A stretch of DNA of 63,384 nucleotides from a virus (IMGVR_UViG_3300017987_000091:1-63384); one strand, 5' to 3'; shown: positions 51,653 through 61,100, counted from the first letter of the stretch. Program-made: numbers and translations. Notes: generated by a model not told the origin, from the letters alone.

Positions 51653-53556
51653 GGTGGTTCCTCGCTTTCTTCGGCGTCGTCGCCGTTGGTTGGTGTGCAG
51701 TCCTTGTTTGGACAGCATGGTGGTTTCACGGTGCAGAAGTCCAGGAAGTAGGGGCAGCTGACGCAGCCGCGCATGGGGGGAACCGTCAGGCCGATGATTT
51801 CCAGGGCTTCGGCCAGCCGGTCCACCGACTTGCGGCCGAAGTTCTCGACCTTCAGCAGTTCCCGGCGCCCATAGTCCAGCAGCTGGCCCACCGTTTCGAT
51901 CTTCTGGTTTATGAACATGTTTTCGATCCTGGTGGCGATCCCGTCGTCCCCGATTTCCAGCTGGGCCACGGGGATCTTCATGCGCCGATCCCGCGTCATG
52001 TCGTAGCCTGCAAACCGTGGGGGCGTTTCCTGCTTGTCCAGTCGCCCTTCCAGTTCGTTCATGCGTTCAGTCAGGTGCAGGTGCTGCTTGCCGTCGTGGC
52101 GTTCCAGGTTGCGCAGCCTGGCGCTGTACCTGTCAACGTCTTCCAGGGCGCGTTCCAGCTTGTTCAGCCTGGTGTTGGTGCGCTTCTTGTAGCCTTCCAG
52201 CTGCTGTTCGGCTTTCTGCAGGTGCGCTTCCTGCACCATGCGCAGATCATGGAACTGGGCTGCTTCTGCTTGCTGGGCTTGCAGCTGCCGCACCTGTTTT
52301 TCCAGGTCGTCCACCGCCTGGAAGATGGCACGATCCCGGCCGATGTCCCCGATCCGGTCAAACAGGGAAGGCCCCCCGTCTTCCTGGACATGGTAGCCGC
52401 ACAGCTGGCACCGTTCCCCATGGACAGGCACGCCAGGGCCCCCACAGTAGGGGCAGCGGCCGGCCGCGTCCTTCTTCATATTCGGGGGCACCCCGGCCCA
52501 GCTGTGGACCTGGGCGTGGATCGTCGTGCTGGCTTCCACGTCGGCGTCGTCGCCGATTTCGTGGACTTTCCAGTCAGGTGGTTCACCTTGATATCCACAG
52601 TCAGGGCATGGGATCAGCGGTCCAGGGCAGCCGAAGATCGGCCCGGTGCCCCCGCACTTGGAACATGTGGCCTTCGGCTTGTCGCCGTCGTCGTTGGCTT
52701 CCAGCTTCTGCAGCCGCTGTTCCATGGAATGAACCAAGGCGCGCAGCTGGATCAGCTGCTGGTCCAGGGTACGCTTCTGCAGCTTGATAAAGTACCTTCT
52801 GGCGCCGTCGCCTTCACAGCGGTCACAGGTGACTTCCCCACCTTGGAAACCGATCCGGCCCGAACCGTTGCACATTTCGCACAGGGGATCGCTGGTGGCC
52901 GTGTCGTCGCCGGCGTCCTTCGCTTCCAGCTGGGCTTCCAGCGTGTCGGCGATACTGTCAAGCCGTGGGGACGGGATGCTGATGCCGCAGGCAACCAAGG
53001 CGCGCAGTTCCTGCACGACGCCCTGGACAACGGCGATCAGGTCGCCGTACCTGTCGCCCAGCCTGTCGGCGTGTTCCTGGTGGCGCCTGGCTGTGCCACG
53101 CCATTGATCCCGTTCCACCCGCAGCTGACCTGCTTCGTGTTCCCAGTTGTCGCGCTGCCGGCGCAGGTGGCCGGCTTCGGCCTTCAGCTGATCACGTGCT
53201 TCACCCTTGCAGGCGTGCAGCCCTACTTCCCCGCAGGCTGCGCACCGTCCCAGCTGTTCATTCCCTTCCCCTTCTATGGGGGTGAACAGCTTGTCGAGCG
53301 GTGCGGGCCCTTCTGGGGTGTTGTCGGGGTTCCAGCCAGGCTTCAGGCGCCCACCGGCCGGCATTAGCTGTTCAGCCATGAACTGCTTGGCCAGCTGGTC
53401 CAGGTCCAGGGGGCCCAGGAAGTCGCCGTCTTCCAGGCTGAAGTCGTAGGCTTCAGACAACCAGCCGATCCCGCCGTCCCCCCCGACAACGATCACGGTC
53501 CACGATCCTGGCTTGCCGGCCAGGTAGTAGCCTGGTTTCGTTGGTGTTTCAGCCAT
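51640..53556 (-). CDS. Multidomain protein: coiled coils, CxxCxGxG zinc fingers and a C-terminal RNA polymerase alpha-CTD-like domain
   Basis: CEMCNGSG, CDRCEGDG, CSKCGGTG; ...RIENMF...IETVGQLL...ELLKVENFGRKSVDRLAEAL. Confidence 0.72.
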   Translation of the reverse strand: MAETPTKPGYYLAGKPGSWTVIVVGGDGGIGWLSEAYDFSLEDGDFLGPLDLDQLAKQFMAEQLMPAGGRLKPGWNPDNTPEGPAPLDKLFTPIEGEGNEQLGRCAACGEVGLHACKGEARDQLKAEAGHLRRQRDNWEHEAGQLRVERDQWRGTARRHQEHADRLGDRYGDLIAVVQGVVQELRALVACGISIPSPRLDSIADTLEAQLEAKDAGDDTATSDPLCEMCNGSGRIGFQGGEVTCDRCEGDGARRYFIKLQKRTLDQQLIQLRALVHSMEQRLQKLEANDDGDKPKATCSKCGGTGPIFGCPGPLIPCPDCGYQGEPPDWKVHEIGDDADVEASTTIHAQVHSWAGVPPNMKKDAAGRCPYCGGPGVPVHGERCQLCGYHVQEDGGPSLFDRIGDIGRDRAIFQAVDDLEKQVRQLQAQQAEAAQFHDLRMVQEAHLQKAEQQLEGYKKRTNTRLNKLERALEDVDRYSARLRNLERHDGKQHLHLTERMNELEGRLDKQETPPRFAGYDMTRDRRMKIPVAQLEIGDDGIATRIENMFINQKIETVGQLLDYGRRELLKVENFGRKSVDRLAEALEIIGLTVPPMRGCVSCPYFLDFCTVKPPCCPNKDCTPTNGDDAEESEEPPCES

Positions 53557-53755
53557 TGGACACCCCCTTGATCCTGGCGTTGGGGTACAGCTCCTGTATT
53601 TCTTCCACGGTATGGCCGGCCCTTCGCATCTGCTTCGCGTTCCATGTTCCGTCGCAGCAGTCTTCCCAGCTTACTGACTTGTGACAGCACCGGCACACAC
53701 CATCAGGGCACAGTTCAGCCGTTTCCTTGTCGCAGATATTGCAGCGTTCAGCCAT
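53549..53755 (-). CDS. Small Cys-rich protein
   Basis: MAERCNICD...CPDGVCRCC...CC. Confidence 0.55.
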   Translation of the reverse strand: MAERCNICDKETAELCPDGVCRCCHKSVSWEDCCDGTWNAKQMRRAGHTVEEIQELYPNARIKGVSNG

Positions 53756-54272
53756 TGCCGTCCCCCTTCCCGTCCACCACCACCCCCTTGGGCCGCAGTT
53801 CAGGCACCAGGCGGTCCTTGCCCAGCCGTTCCCACAGGTGCAGCACCCCGTCGAAGGGGGTGACTTCTGACGCCGGCGGGAACACCTGCACCACGACGCT
53901 GCTGCGCCTGAACATGGCTTCCCGCACCAGTTCCATGTCGTGGTGCGTCGGCATGCCGTAGGGCCGATCGGGGTTGGACAGGCTGACATGGAACCACGGG
54001 GGCCCGTCGTCGGGGCGTTCCACGCTGGCCATGATCCTGTTGTCGCGGATCATGAAGTAGGCCCCCGCGAAGTTCGGCATGAACAGGGGGCCCTTCAGTT
54101 CGGGGTTCACGATCGTGGGCATGGCCCGCTTGATCTGGTGGTACTGTTCGATCTGGGCGTCGCTGGTGGGGACGGGGCTGCGCCCATCGGCCGCGGCCTG
54201 GGCCGCCTTTTCGGCTTCGGCGTCGTCCATGGCCTTCGCCACGTCGCTTTTCAGTTCGGTGTTGTCTTGCAT
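53748..54272 (-). CDS. Conserved phage hypothetical protein
   Basis: WFHVSLS..DR...PT...M...F...QVFPP...LHLW pattern. Confidence 0.65.
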   Translation of the reverse strand: MQDNTELKSDVAKAMDDAEAEKAAQAAADGRSPVPTSDAQIEQYHQIKRAMPTIVNPELKGPLFMPNFAGAYFMIRDNRIMASVERPDDGPPWFHVSLSNPDRPYGMPTHHDMELVREAMFRRSSVVVQVFPPASEVTPFDGVLHLWERLGKDRLVPELRPKGVVVDGKGDGNG

Positions 54273-54277
54273 CGGGT

Positions 54278-54658
54278 TCACTCCGTTGGTGTTCCCTGCG
54301 CCAGTCTGAACAGCACAGGGGTGTGGTTTGTGTGTTCCACCAGGCCTTCGGCCACCAGCTGCCACAGGGCACGATCTGGGGGCTTCCTGAAGGCCACGTC
54401 AGCGGTGTAGTCCATCAGCTGCACCATGGCAGCGTTGAAGGTGCAGGGGCCGTGCTGGGCCAGGTGGTCCAGCAGGAAGCACCGCCAGGCTTCGACGCTG
54501 TGCCGCGCCATGTCCTTGCGCCAGGCGGTTGCGCTTTTCTTGCGGGCACCCCGTGGGGTTCGGCGTGGATCGTCGGGGTGGCGCACCAGGTGGACGTATT
54601 CGTGAAGCCCCTGGCGTTCCAGGGGCCCCGTGTGCCAGGTGGTCGCCGGCGCCGTCAT
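54278..54658 (-). CDS. Hypothetical protein
   Basis: 126 aa, ATGA coupled. Confidence 0.55.
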   Translation of the reverse strand: MTAPATTWHTGPLERQGLHEYVHLVRHPDDPRRTPRGARKKSATAWRKDMARHSVEAWRCFLLDHLAQHGPCTFNAAMVQLMDYTADVAFRKPPDRALWQLVAEGLVEHTNHTPVLFRLAQGTPTE

Positions 54659-54746
54659 GGCTTCACCTGGTCAACCTGGAAGGCGATCACCTTCACGGTG
54701 GGGTTGTCTTCCCAGCGGTACCCCCGGCGGCCGTTGATCTGGTGGG

Positions 54747-55277
54747 TTATTTGGTTCGGCAGATTGTGGAAACAGTGGACTGGGACAAGCCTAGAACACG
54801 CGCAGCATGCCGACGACTGCACAAGCCGTTGGAAACAGCCCAACGAAGATGATCCCGTTGAGCGTCGGTCAGCTTTGCTGCATGGTGTTTTTCCCCTTCG
54901 CAGCTTCTGCCATGCGCTTTTCGATCCAGCCAGTTTTCTTGCTGCGTTCCCCACCGCAGATTTTCCGGCCTGTTGTTCGATCGGTCGCCGTCTAAATGCC
55001 TTGTTTGTAGCGTGCTCGGTTCTGGCATCCCATGAAAAGCCATGCAGACCAAACGGTGCACGTTCTTGGTGATCTTCTTTCCTTCGTGGCAAAGCGACAC
55101 CGATTGATATCCATTTTTTGCCTTGAATCCGACAAGTGGATACCAGTCTACATAGTGTTTGTGCCCAAAACCTGCGTACTTGGTTCGTGAATAGATCTGC
55201 CCATCGTTCCCGGCCATGTAATCGTCGTTGGGAGCTATTGGAATAGGCTTCAGGATTACACCATTTGATAGTTCCAT
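54747..55277 (-). CDS. HNH homing endonuclease (NUMOD4/HNH_3-like)
   Basis: VHRLVCMAFHG...RHLDGDRSNNRPENLRWGT..EN; lower GC than flanks. Confidence 0.88.
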   Translation of the reverse strand: MELSNGVILKPIPIAPNDDYMAGNDGQIYSRTKYAGFGHKHYVDWYPLVGFKAKNGYQSVSLCHEGKKITKNVHRLVCMAFHGMPEPSTLQTRHLDGDRSNNRPENLRWGTQQENWLDRKAHGRSCEGEKHHAAKLTDAQRDHLRWAVSNGLCSRRHAARVLGLSQSTVSTICRTK

Positions 55278-55322
55278 AGGCCCTATGGTTATCCCGTTCC
55301 CGAACCCCTGTCAAGCGCCAGG

Positions 55323-55595
55323 TCATCGGCGATCCAGCATTTCGTCCACGTCGGCCTTCGTCGTGGCTTCGTTGGTGGGCCGCGCCAGGCGCCCCGACTT
55401 GTAGGTGGCCACGTCCACCGGCTTCGCCAGCCGATCGAAGGCTTCCACTGGTTCCATCACCCTGAAAAACTCGTCTCCCAAAGTGCTCAACGTGGTGTTG
55501 TACGGCTTTCCTTGTCGGCTTTTCGCGTAGGTGATCACCTTATCAAAGTCGATCCTGCTTTTTGTTCCGTCGTCATTAGTAACGATGATCCACAT
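55323..55595 (-). CDS. Hypothetical protein
   Basis: MWIIVTND with GAAGGA RBS. Confidence 0.6.
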   Translation of the reverse strand: MWIIVTNDDGTKSRIDFDKVITYAKSRQGKPYNTTLSTLGDEFFRVMEPVEAFDRLAKPVDVATYKSGRLARPTNEATTKADVDEMLDRR

Positions 55596-55783
55596 GGTTC
55601 CTTCCCTTCCCGTGGTTGTTAAAGCCCACCAGGTGGCACCGTGCAGCCATTTTGGTAGCGGCGCGGCGTACACGGTGCCCCTGGTCCTGCGGGCCGCAGG
55701 CTGCGGTCCTGGCTTGCCCTACTGCCCAACACACCCTTCAGCTGTTGGTTGTTAAAAAACGCCAGGCCGCTGGGGTTCCTTGT

Positions 55784-56545
55784 CTATCCTTCCCGGCGCA
55801 CCACCCGCAGGGTGGCGCCCCTGTGCTTCTTGATCACCTGCTGCACGTCAGCGGCCGGCACAGGGCTGTCCATGGGCCAGCGGTGCAGCACGGTAGTGGG
55901 CGCGACGAACGGCGGGGGGGTGCCGTTGTCGAAGCCTTGCCGCGCGAAGTAGGACCGCACCTTCTTCGGGGGTGCTGCGTCCACCTTCTTGCAGGCTTCC
56001 AGGGCGTCGCGCATGCGGCCCCAGGTTTCCCGATCCGGGGCCTTCACCAGTTCCAGGATGGTGTTGGCCGTCACCACCGGCAGTTCGGTTTGTGCTGGTG
56101 GCGCCTTGGGCACCGCTGGCGCCTTGGGCACCGCTGGCGCCTTGTCGTCGGCGTCCTGTGGTACCAACGGCGAAGCCAGCCAGGCGTCTATGATTTCTCC
56201 GATCAGCTTATAGCCGGCTTGCCGGTTGAAGCAGCGCCTGAACACGGTGTTGATATCGGCGGCCTTCGGCCTGTCCTTCCCGGCTTCCACCGCCTGGTTG
56301 ATCAGGTAGTACCCCAGGCCCCGCATTAGGGGGGTGGGGTCCAGGAAGTCTTCGTGCTTCCGCGGCAGCGACCACCTGGCCCTGAAGCCTTCCAGCACGT
56401 CAGCAACGATCTGCGGTGCGTCAGCTGGTTCCAGGAACAGCCGGCGCACGGCGTCGTCCACCAGCTTGCTGCTGTCCAGCAGGTATTCGGGGTAAGCCAT
56501 CAGGCGGTTCCCCACGAACTTTTCCAGTTTTTCCTTGGTGACCAT
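55784..56545 (-). CDS. Hypothetical protein with APAVPK tandem repeat
   Basis: 253 aa; 18-bp duplication near 56100-56140. Confidence 0.6.
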   Translation of the reverse strand: MVTKEKLEKFVGNRLMAYPEYLLDSSKLVDDAVRRLFLEPADAPQIVADVLEGFRARWSLPRKHEDFLDPTPLMRGLGYYLINQAVEAGKDRPKAADINTVFRRCFNRQAGYKLIGEIIDAWLASPLVPQDADDKAPAVPKAPAVPKAPPAQTELPVVTANTILELVKAPDRETWGRMRDALEACKKVDAAPPKKVRSYFARQGFDNGTPPPFVAPTTVLHRWPMDSPVPAADVQQVIKKHRGATLRVVRREG

Positions 56546-56838
56546 CAGAACCCCCTTCGTGTGCGCTTCATGATCCGGCGGATCCGGCCGTACTGGTGCG
56601 GGTGCTGCCCCGCGGGGTACTTGTTCGCCAGGTACTGGGCCCGCTTCTTGCCGGCCTTCTTGCGGGCCAGCGCCTGTTCCTTGCGCTTGGCGGCCTTGTT
56701 CGGGCCGTCGTGGCGCACCAGGTACTTCCCCTGTGGCTTTCCGGCTTTACTGATGCGCCGGCGCCACAGCGACACAAGGGCCCCCAGCAGGCCATGCGCT
56801 TCTTCCTGGCTGACTGGTTGATCGTTACCCTTCCCCAT
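56545..56838 (-). CDS. Hypothetical basic protein
   Basis: 97 aa, coupled to the next gene. Confidence 0.55.
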   Translation of the reverse strand: MGKGNDQPVSQEEAHGLLGALVSLWRRRISKAGKPQGKYLVRHDGPNKAAKRKEQALARKKAGKKRAQYLANKYPAGQHPHQYGRIRRIMKRTRRGF

Positions 56839-56851
56839 GGTTCCTTCCCTT

Positions 56852-57127
56852 CTACCACCGGATCACGGCGGTGTTGATCTGTTTCTTGTTCCCGTCGCCG
56901 GCGTCCACCAGGCGCTTCCCGATCTCCACCGTGTGCTTCGGGATCACGGCCACGATATCCCGCACAGTCTGGGGATCGGTCGGCCTGACTAGCATCAGTT
57001 CGATCTGGCGGTCCTTGCGGGCCCTGGCTTCGTCCAGCATGGTGTGCACCAGCTGGACCAGGCTGGCGTCCCAGATCCGTTCCATGGGCCCCGGCTTCGC
57101 CCTGCTGAAGCGTGGCAGCTTATCCAT
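56852..57127 (-). CDS. Hypothetical protein
   Basis: MDKLPRF start overlapping the upstream stop. Confidence 0.55.
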   Translation of the reverse strand: MDKLPRFSRAKPGPMERIWDASLVQLVHTMLDEARARKDRQIELMLVRPTDPQTVRDIVAVIPKHTVEIGKRLVDAGDGNKKQINTAVIRW

Positions 57128-57611
57128 GGCCCTGTCCCTTCTGGCCGATCTGCAGGCCCTTGGCGCTGAACAGGGGGGACGTGGCCAGCAAACGCGCCAG
57201 GGACGCAACCTTCTGCCACCTGGGCCACTGGCTGGACGCCATGGGCTTCTTCAGCTTCTTCAGCTTCTTGTCCATGTCGATCATGACGTGGATCATGTTG
57301 CGGATCATGGCGAACAGTTCAGGCGTCAGGGTGGCGTCGGCCGACGTGAACGGCACCAGGAACCACCCCATGCTGACAATGTAGATCACGGCCGTGGGTT
57401 CCCCCGGCTTCTGCAGTTCCCCCACCACGATGGTGTCCTGGTGCTGGGGATGCAGTGGTAGGGCTGCCATCTTCGCCACGGGTTCCAGCATGCGGGGGTT
57501 GTAGTCGGCCCCCAGGAACAGTTCGTAGGGACCGACCAGCACCCGTTCGGCTGGACTGTCCCCCCATTGGTGCAGCGCATGAACATCAATTTCCTTCATT
57601 CTTTCGGCCAT
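57120..57611 (-). CDS. Hypothetical protein
   Basis: 163-aa ORF in a tightly packed operon. Confidence 0.55.
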   Translation of the reverse strand: MAERMKEIDVHALHQWGDSPAERVLVGPYELFLGADYNPRMLEPVAKMAALPLHPQHQDTIVVGELQKPGEPTAVIYIVSMGWFLVPFTSADATLTPELFAMIRNMIHVMIDMDKKLKKLKKPMASSQWPRWQKVASLARLLATSPLFSAKGLQIGQKGQGHG

Positions 57612-57856
57612 ATGCTTTCCCCTTTCAACCAGGGGTTGTCTTCCCTGGCGCGGTTCACCTTGCGGGCCACGTCTTCCAGGTGGTCCTTCAGGTCGTTGCT
57701 GTGGTGCAGGATCCCCAGTTCGATCCCTTCATTGATCGCTTCCAGGTATCTGCGGTGCCACTTGCCCAGCTGCACGAACTGCGACAGCGGGCCCTGTTTC
57801 TGCGTCAGCTTCATGGCGATCCCTGCGGGCATGTCCTTGTCCTTTCGCTTCGTCAT
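57596..57856 (-). CDS. Hypothetical protein
   Basis: ATGA coupled to the MTase stop. Confidence 0.55.
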   Translation of the reverse strand: MTKRKDKDMPAGIAMKLTQKQGPLSQFVQLGKWHRRYLEAINEGIELGILHHSNDLKDHLEDVARKVNRAREDNPWLKGESIWPKE

Positions 57857-58521
57857 TGGTTGTTCAGGCGCACGATCGACGCGCGCACTTCTTCCCCTGC
57901 GGTGCTGGGGCATTCCAGGCCGCAGCAGTCCCAGCCAGGCCGATCGCGCCTGGCGAATAGCTCGAGGTATGGCCCCGGCAGCATGCGTTCCAGCTTGTCC
58001 TGCAGGGCTTCAGGCTTCACGCTGTGCTTCGTCGCCGGCGCGAACACCAGATCCCGTTCGGACTTGGTGCGCAGGTGCTGGTATATCGATCCCCGTGTGC
58101 CCACCAGCAGCAGTTCCTTGCAGGAACGGGCCAGCCGGCCCATGCCGAAGGCCATGCCGTCAGGCATCCAAAGATCGGGAAACCGCGCGGTTCCTGGGGT
58201 GTCGGCCACCTTGTCGGCCATCTGCCCCAGCCAGTCCCCCAGGCCCTTCGGTTTCCGCGTTTTTGCCCAGATCCACACCTGCTTGAAGTCGAAGCCCCAG
58301 CCGGCCAGGACGTGCAGGCCATCGGGGATCAGCGTCGCAGGGCACCACAGGGCTATCAGGGCGTCGTCCTGGGCCAAGGTGCCAACCTGCAGGGCAGCCA
58401 GTTCGGCGGTGGTCAGGGTGGCGTACTGAGCGGCCGCGCCACGCTTCACGCTGGTGGGGCTGTGGGCCAGCAAGTCGCCGAAGGCCCACGGCGGATCAGC
58501 TACGATCACGCGGTACTTCAT
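57853..58521 (-). CDS. MT-A70-family N6-adenine methyltransferase
   Basis: YRVIVADPPW, ALIALW, WGF...WIWAK, ELLLVGTRG, HSVKPE, YLELFARR. Confidence 0.9.
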   Translation of the reverse strand: MKYRVIVADPPWAFGDLLAHSPTSVKRGAAAQYATLTTAELAALQVGTLAQDDALIALWCPATLIPDGLHVLAGWGFDFKQVWIWAKTRKPKGLGDWLGQMADKVADTPGTARFPDLWMPDGMAFGMGRLARSCKELLLVGTRGSIYQHLRTKSERDLVFAPATKHSVKPEALQDKLERMLPGPYLELFARRDRPGWDCCGLECPSTAGEEVRASIVRLNNQ

Positions 58522-59213
58522 GACACCCCCCCCGGCCACTGTCGTGGACCGTCCAGGCCGGTGTTGGCCTTCACGAAGATCGGGCGTTCCAGGCGTTCCG
58601 CCACCTTCACCATCTTGTTCACCAGCTGCTGGTCAGGCTTCGGCGCCCCGGCCCCCGTCTGGGAACCGACGATCAGCCAGTCCAGGCCGGTCAGGTATTC
58701 ACGATCCACGGGCCCCCGGATCGGTTCCAGGGATACGAACCGCACCCCAGTCCCCGGCACCGACCACAGGACGCTGATGCGCCAGGCTTCGTCCATGGTG
58801 GTGACCGAAACCCCCAGCCAAACGTTGTCTGGGATCCGGCCGCCGGCGTCGTGCCAGTCCTGGATCTTGCTGGGGTTCTTCGTCAGTACAGCGAAGACGT
58901 GCTGGGGGCACTGTTCCGCCACGCTGAACACGTCGTTGATCCAGGTGAAGGGAACCCAGTGGCCGAACATGTCCCCCATGGAAACCGTGAACACGAACCC
59001 CGGCTGCTTCACCGTCGTGGGTTCCAGGATCCTGGTGGGGTGGAAGGTCGGTTCAAAGCCGGCTTCGTACCCCGGCACCCCCATGCCCTGCAGGCGCTTC
59101 GCGAAGGGCCTGGCGTAGCAGTAGCCGCACCCGTGCCGGCACCCTGTGATCGGGTTCCAGGTGTACCCCGTGCGGCCGGGGGCGTGCGTCCATTCGATCT
59201 TTGTGCGGTTCAC
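58518..59213 (-). CDS. DUF5131 (phage Gp37/Gp68) radical-SAM-like protein
   Basis: TKIEWT...WNPITGCRHGCGYCYA, SMGDMF, LTKNP, NVWLGVSV, FVSLEP, DWLIVG. Confidence 0.88.
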   Translation of the reverse strand: MNRTKIEWTHAPGRTGYTWNPITGCRHGCGYCYARPFAKRLQGMGVPGYEAGFEPTFHPTRILEPTTVKQPGFVFTVSMGDMFGHWVPFTWINDVFSVAEQCPQHVFAVLTKNPSKIQDWHDAGGRIPDNVWLGVSVTTMDEAWRISVLWSVPGTGVRFVSLEPIRGPVDREYLTGLDWLIVGSQTGAGAPKPDQQLVNKMVKVAERLERPIFVKANTGLDGPRQWPGGVS

Positions 59214-59488
59214 CCTTCACCCCCTTCCTTCCAGCCTGGTGGTGCCCAGGGGGCGCCTGGGCCGGCAACCAGGGCAGCTTCGTCAGTGGGCCATGGATCT
59301 GTAATCACGTCGTTGCCTTGGGCTGATGGGACGATCGGGTGCTTTCCCAACAGCCCCACGATCATGACTTCCATGCCGTTGGGCATCGCCCATACCTGGC
59401 CCACCGCCGGCGGGGGTGGATCCTTGCGCTGCTGCCGTTCGTATCCCCACTTTTCGTTCCACCCGTATCGTTCCCAGATCGTCGTCAC
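59210..59488 (-). CDS. Hypothetical protein
   Basis: GTGA-coupled ORF. Confidence 0.5.
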   Translation of the reverse strand: MTTIWERYGWNEKWGYERQQRKDPPPPAVGQVWAMPNGMEVMIVGLLGKHPIVPSAQGNDVITDPWPTDEAALVAGPGAPWAPPGWKEGGEG

Positions 59489-59829
59489 GGTGCCCCCCCT
59501 TCGGCCTTGTGCAGCAGCATCCAGCGCCAGGACTTCGGGCCGTTGCCGATCAGAACCCACACGGTGCCGTTCTTCGTGTCCACCAGCAGGGGCCAGTCCC
59601 AGCCGGTGCGCACCTGGTAGCGGCCGCCGGGGTCGCTGTAGTCGGCCAGGTCGTCGGGGCCGGTCAGGTCCAGCTGGATCGGTTCAGCGGCAGCCAGGCC
59701 CCGTTCCAGGGCCTTGGCGCGCATCGTACCCCCCAGCACCTGGACGCCCACCATGACGGCCGCCAGCATCAGCAGCACAATGGCGAAACCCCGCAGATCA
59801 CTCACTTCCTTTTTGTCCATCTTCTTCAC
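59485..59829 (-). CDS. Hypothetical membrane-anchored protein
   Basis: N-terminal TM segment FAIVLLMLAAVMVGV. Confidence 0.55.
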   Translation of the reverse strand: MKKMDKKEVSDLRGFAIVLLMLAAVMVGVQVLGGTMRAKALERGLAAAEPIQLDLTGPDDLADYSDPGGRYQVRTGWDWPLLVDTKNGTVWVLIGNGPKSWRWMLLHKAEGGAP

Positions 59830-60100
59830 CTTTCGCGCCTATGAAGGCGGCATATTCGTCGGGGTGGCACAGGTGGCACGGGCCCACCGTGAACCCCCCT
59901 TTGGGCAGTGGGACCACGGCGTGGTCGGGGTTGCCGTCGCACACGGTGCACGGGCCTTCCATGGCTTCCCGCACGTCCAGCCACTGATCCCGGTGTTCCT
60001 TGAAGTACCGCACCAGCTGGTCCACGGTGGGGGTGTCCCCACCGCGGCCCCCGTGCAGCGGTATCACTTCGGACATGTTGCGCTTCACCTTTCGCTTCAT
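59798..60100 (-). CDS. Small zinc-finger protein
   Basis: CTVC...CHLC; ATGA coupled. Confidence 0.55.
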   Translation of the reverse strand: MKRKVKRNMSEVIPLHGGRGGDTPTVDQLVRYFKEHRDQWLDVREAMEGPCTVCDGNPDHAVVPLPKGGFTVGPCHLCHPDEYAAFIGAKGEEDGQKGSE

Positions 60101-60864
60101 CTGGCCACCGGGGGGATCCCCAGCAGGTTGGTTTTGTGCAGGCTGCTGACCGTCAGGAACACTTCGCGTTCTGCGTCGATCTGCAGCTGTTCCATGCGCA
60201 GGTTGCCACCGCGCAGCATGGCTTCCACGCCGGCGGTGACGCCGGCCGCGAAGGCATCGATCAGATCTTCGGTGGTGGTGGGGTAGGTGTCGAAGCGGTA
60301 CCGATCGAACTGCCCCACCGCTGGCCACCTGTCCAGGATCCGGCCGTGTGCCTTGGGCTTCGCCAGGTTCCCGTGATGGCAGCACAGCTTCCTGATCTGG
60401 CCCACGGCGTAGGCCCTGAAGGGGATCCCCGTGTTGTACAGGATGAACCGCACCAGGTCGCCGCTGCCCCCCATGTCGTGGGCGTGCGACATGCTGGGGG
60501 CTGCGTCTTCCAGCTTGCCGTCCTTCCCCTTGCGCTTCGGCCGTCGCTGCCCGAAGTGGTACCCTTCGACGCCCACCAGCGGCACGCTGACGCCGTGATC
60601 CGCCAGGTGGCGACGGATCCGGCGCAGCATGTCGCGCAGGGCTTCCAGTCGGCGCATGCGCAGCACTTCAGGGTCCAGGCCCTTCTTCAGTGGCTGAAGG
60701 TACACCCCCCGGCCCTGGGCCTTTTTGGCGACCCTTGCCTGGCCGGTGATGAACCAGTGGTCAACGGGTTCGGCCGTGGGCACCGGATCGTCCACCGCGG
60801 TGTTGAAGTGCACCAGAACAGCAGCTGAATGCGTCGGCGCGATGTCCAGCCCCAGGGTGAACAT
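60097..60864 (-). CDS. RuvC-like Holliday junction resolvase
   Basis: LGLDIA, VGVEGY, G...K, DLIDAF RNase H-fold acidic residues. Confidence 0.75.
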   Translation of the reverse strand: MFTLGLDIAPTHSAAVLVHFNTAVDDPVPTAEPVDHWFITGQARVAKKAQGRGVYLQPLKKGLDPEVLRMRRLEALRDMLRRIRRHLADHGVSVPLVGVEGYHFGQRRPKRKGKDGKLEDAAPSMSHAHDMGGSGDLVRFILYNTGIPFRAYAVGQIRKLCCHHGNLAKPKAHGRILDRWPAVGQFDRYRFDTYPTTTEDLIDAFAAGVTAGVEAMLRGGNLRMEQLQIDAEREVFLTVSSLHKTNLLGIPPVAR

Positions 60865-61100
60865 CAGCGCAACCCGTAGGCCTGGCGCTTCCTGTTCTGC
60901 GTCAGGGCTGCGTCGGCCGCCTTCTGGATCCCTTCTTGTTCTTCCACCTTCGGGGACGTGTTGCCGGTGTCGTCGGCGTACTTGGCAAGCAGATCAGCCT
61001 TGCTTTTCTTGCCCACCATCATGGTGCCGTCGTTGCCCAGCAACCACCATTCACGCCGTGCTGGGGTGGCCTGCACCCGCTGAATGAATACCTTTGCCAT
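60864..61100 (-). CDS. Hypothetical protein
   Basis: 78 aa, coupled. Confidence 0.55.
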   Translation of the reverse strand: MAKVFIQRVQATPARREWWLLGNDGTMMVGKKSKADLLAKYADDTGNTSPKVEEQEGIQKAADAALTQNRKRQAYGLR

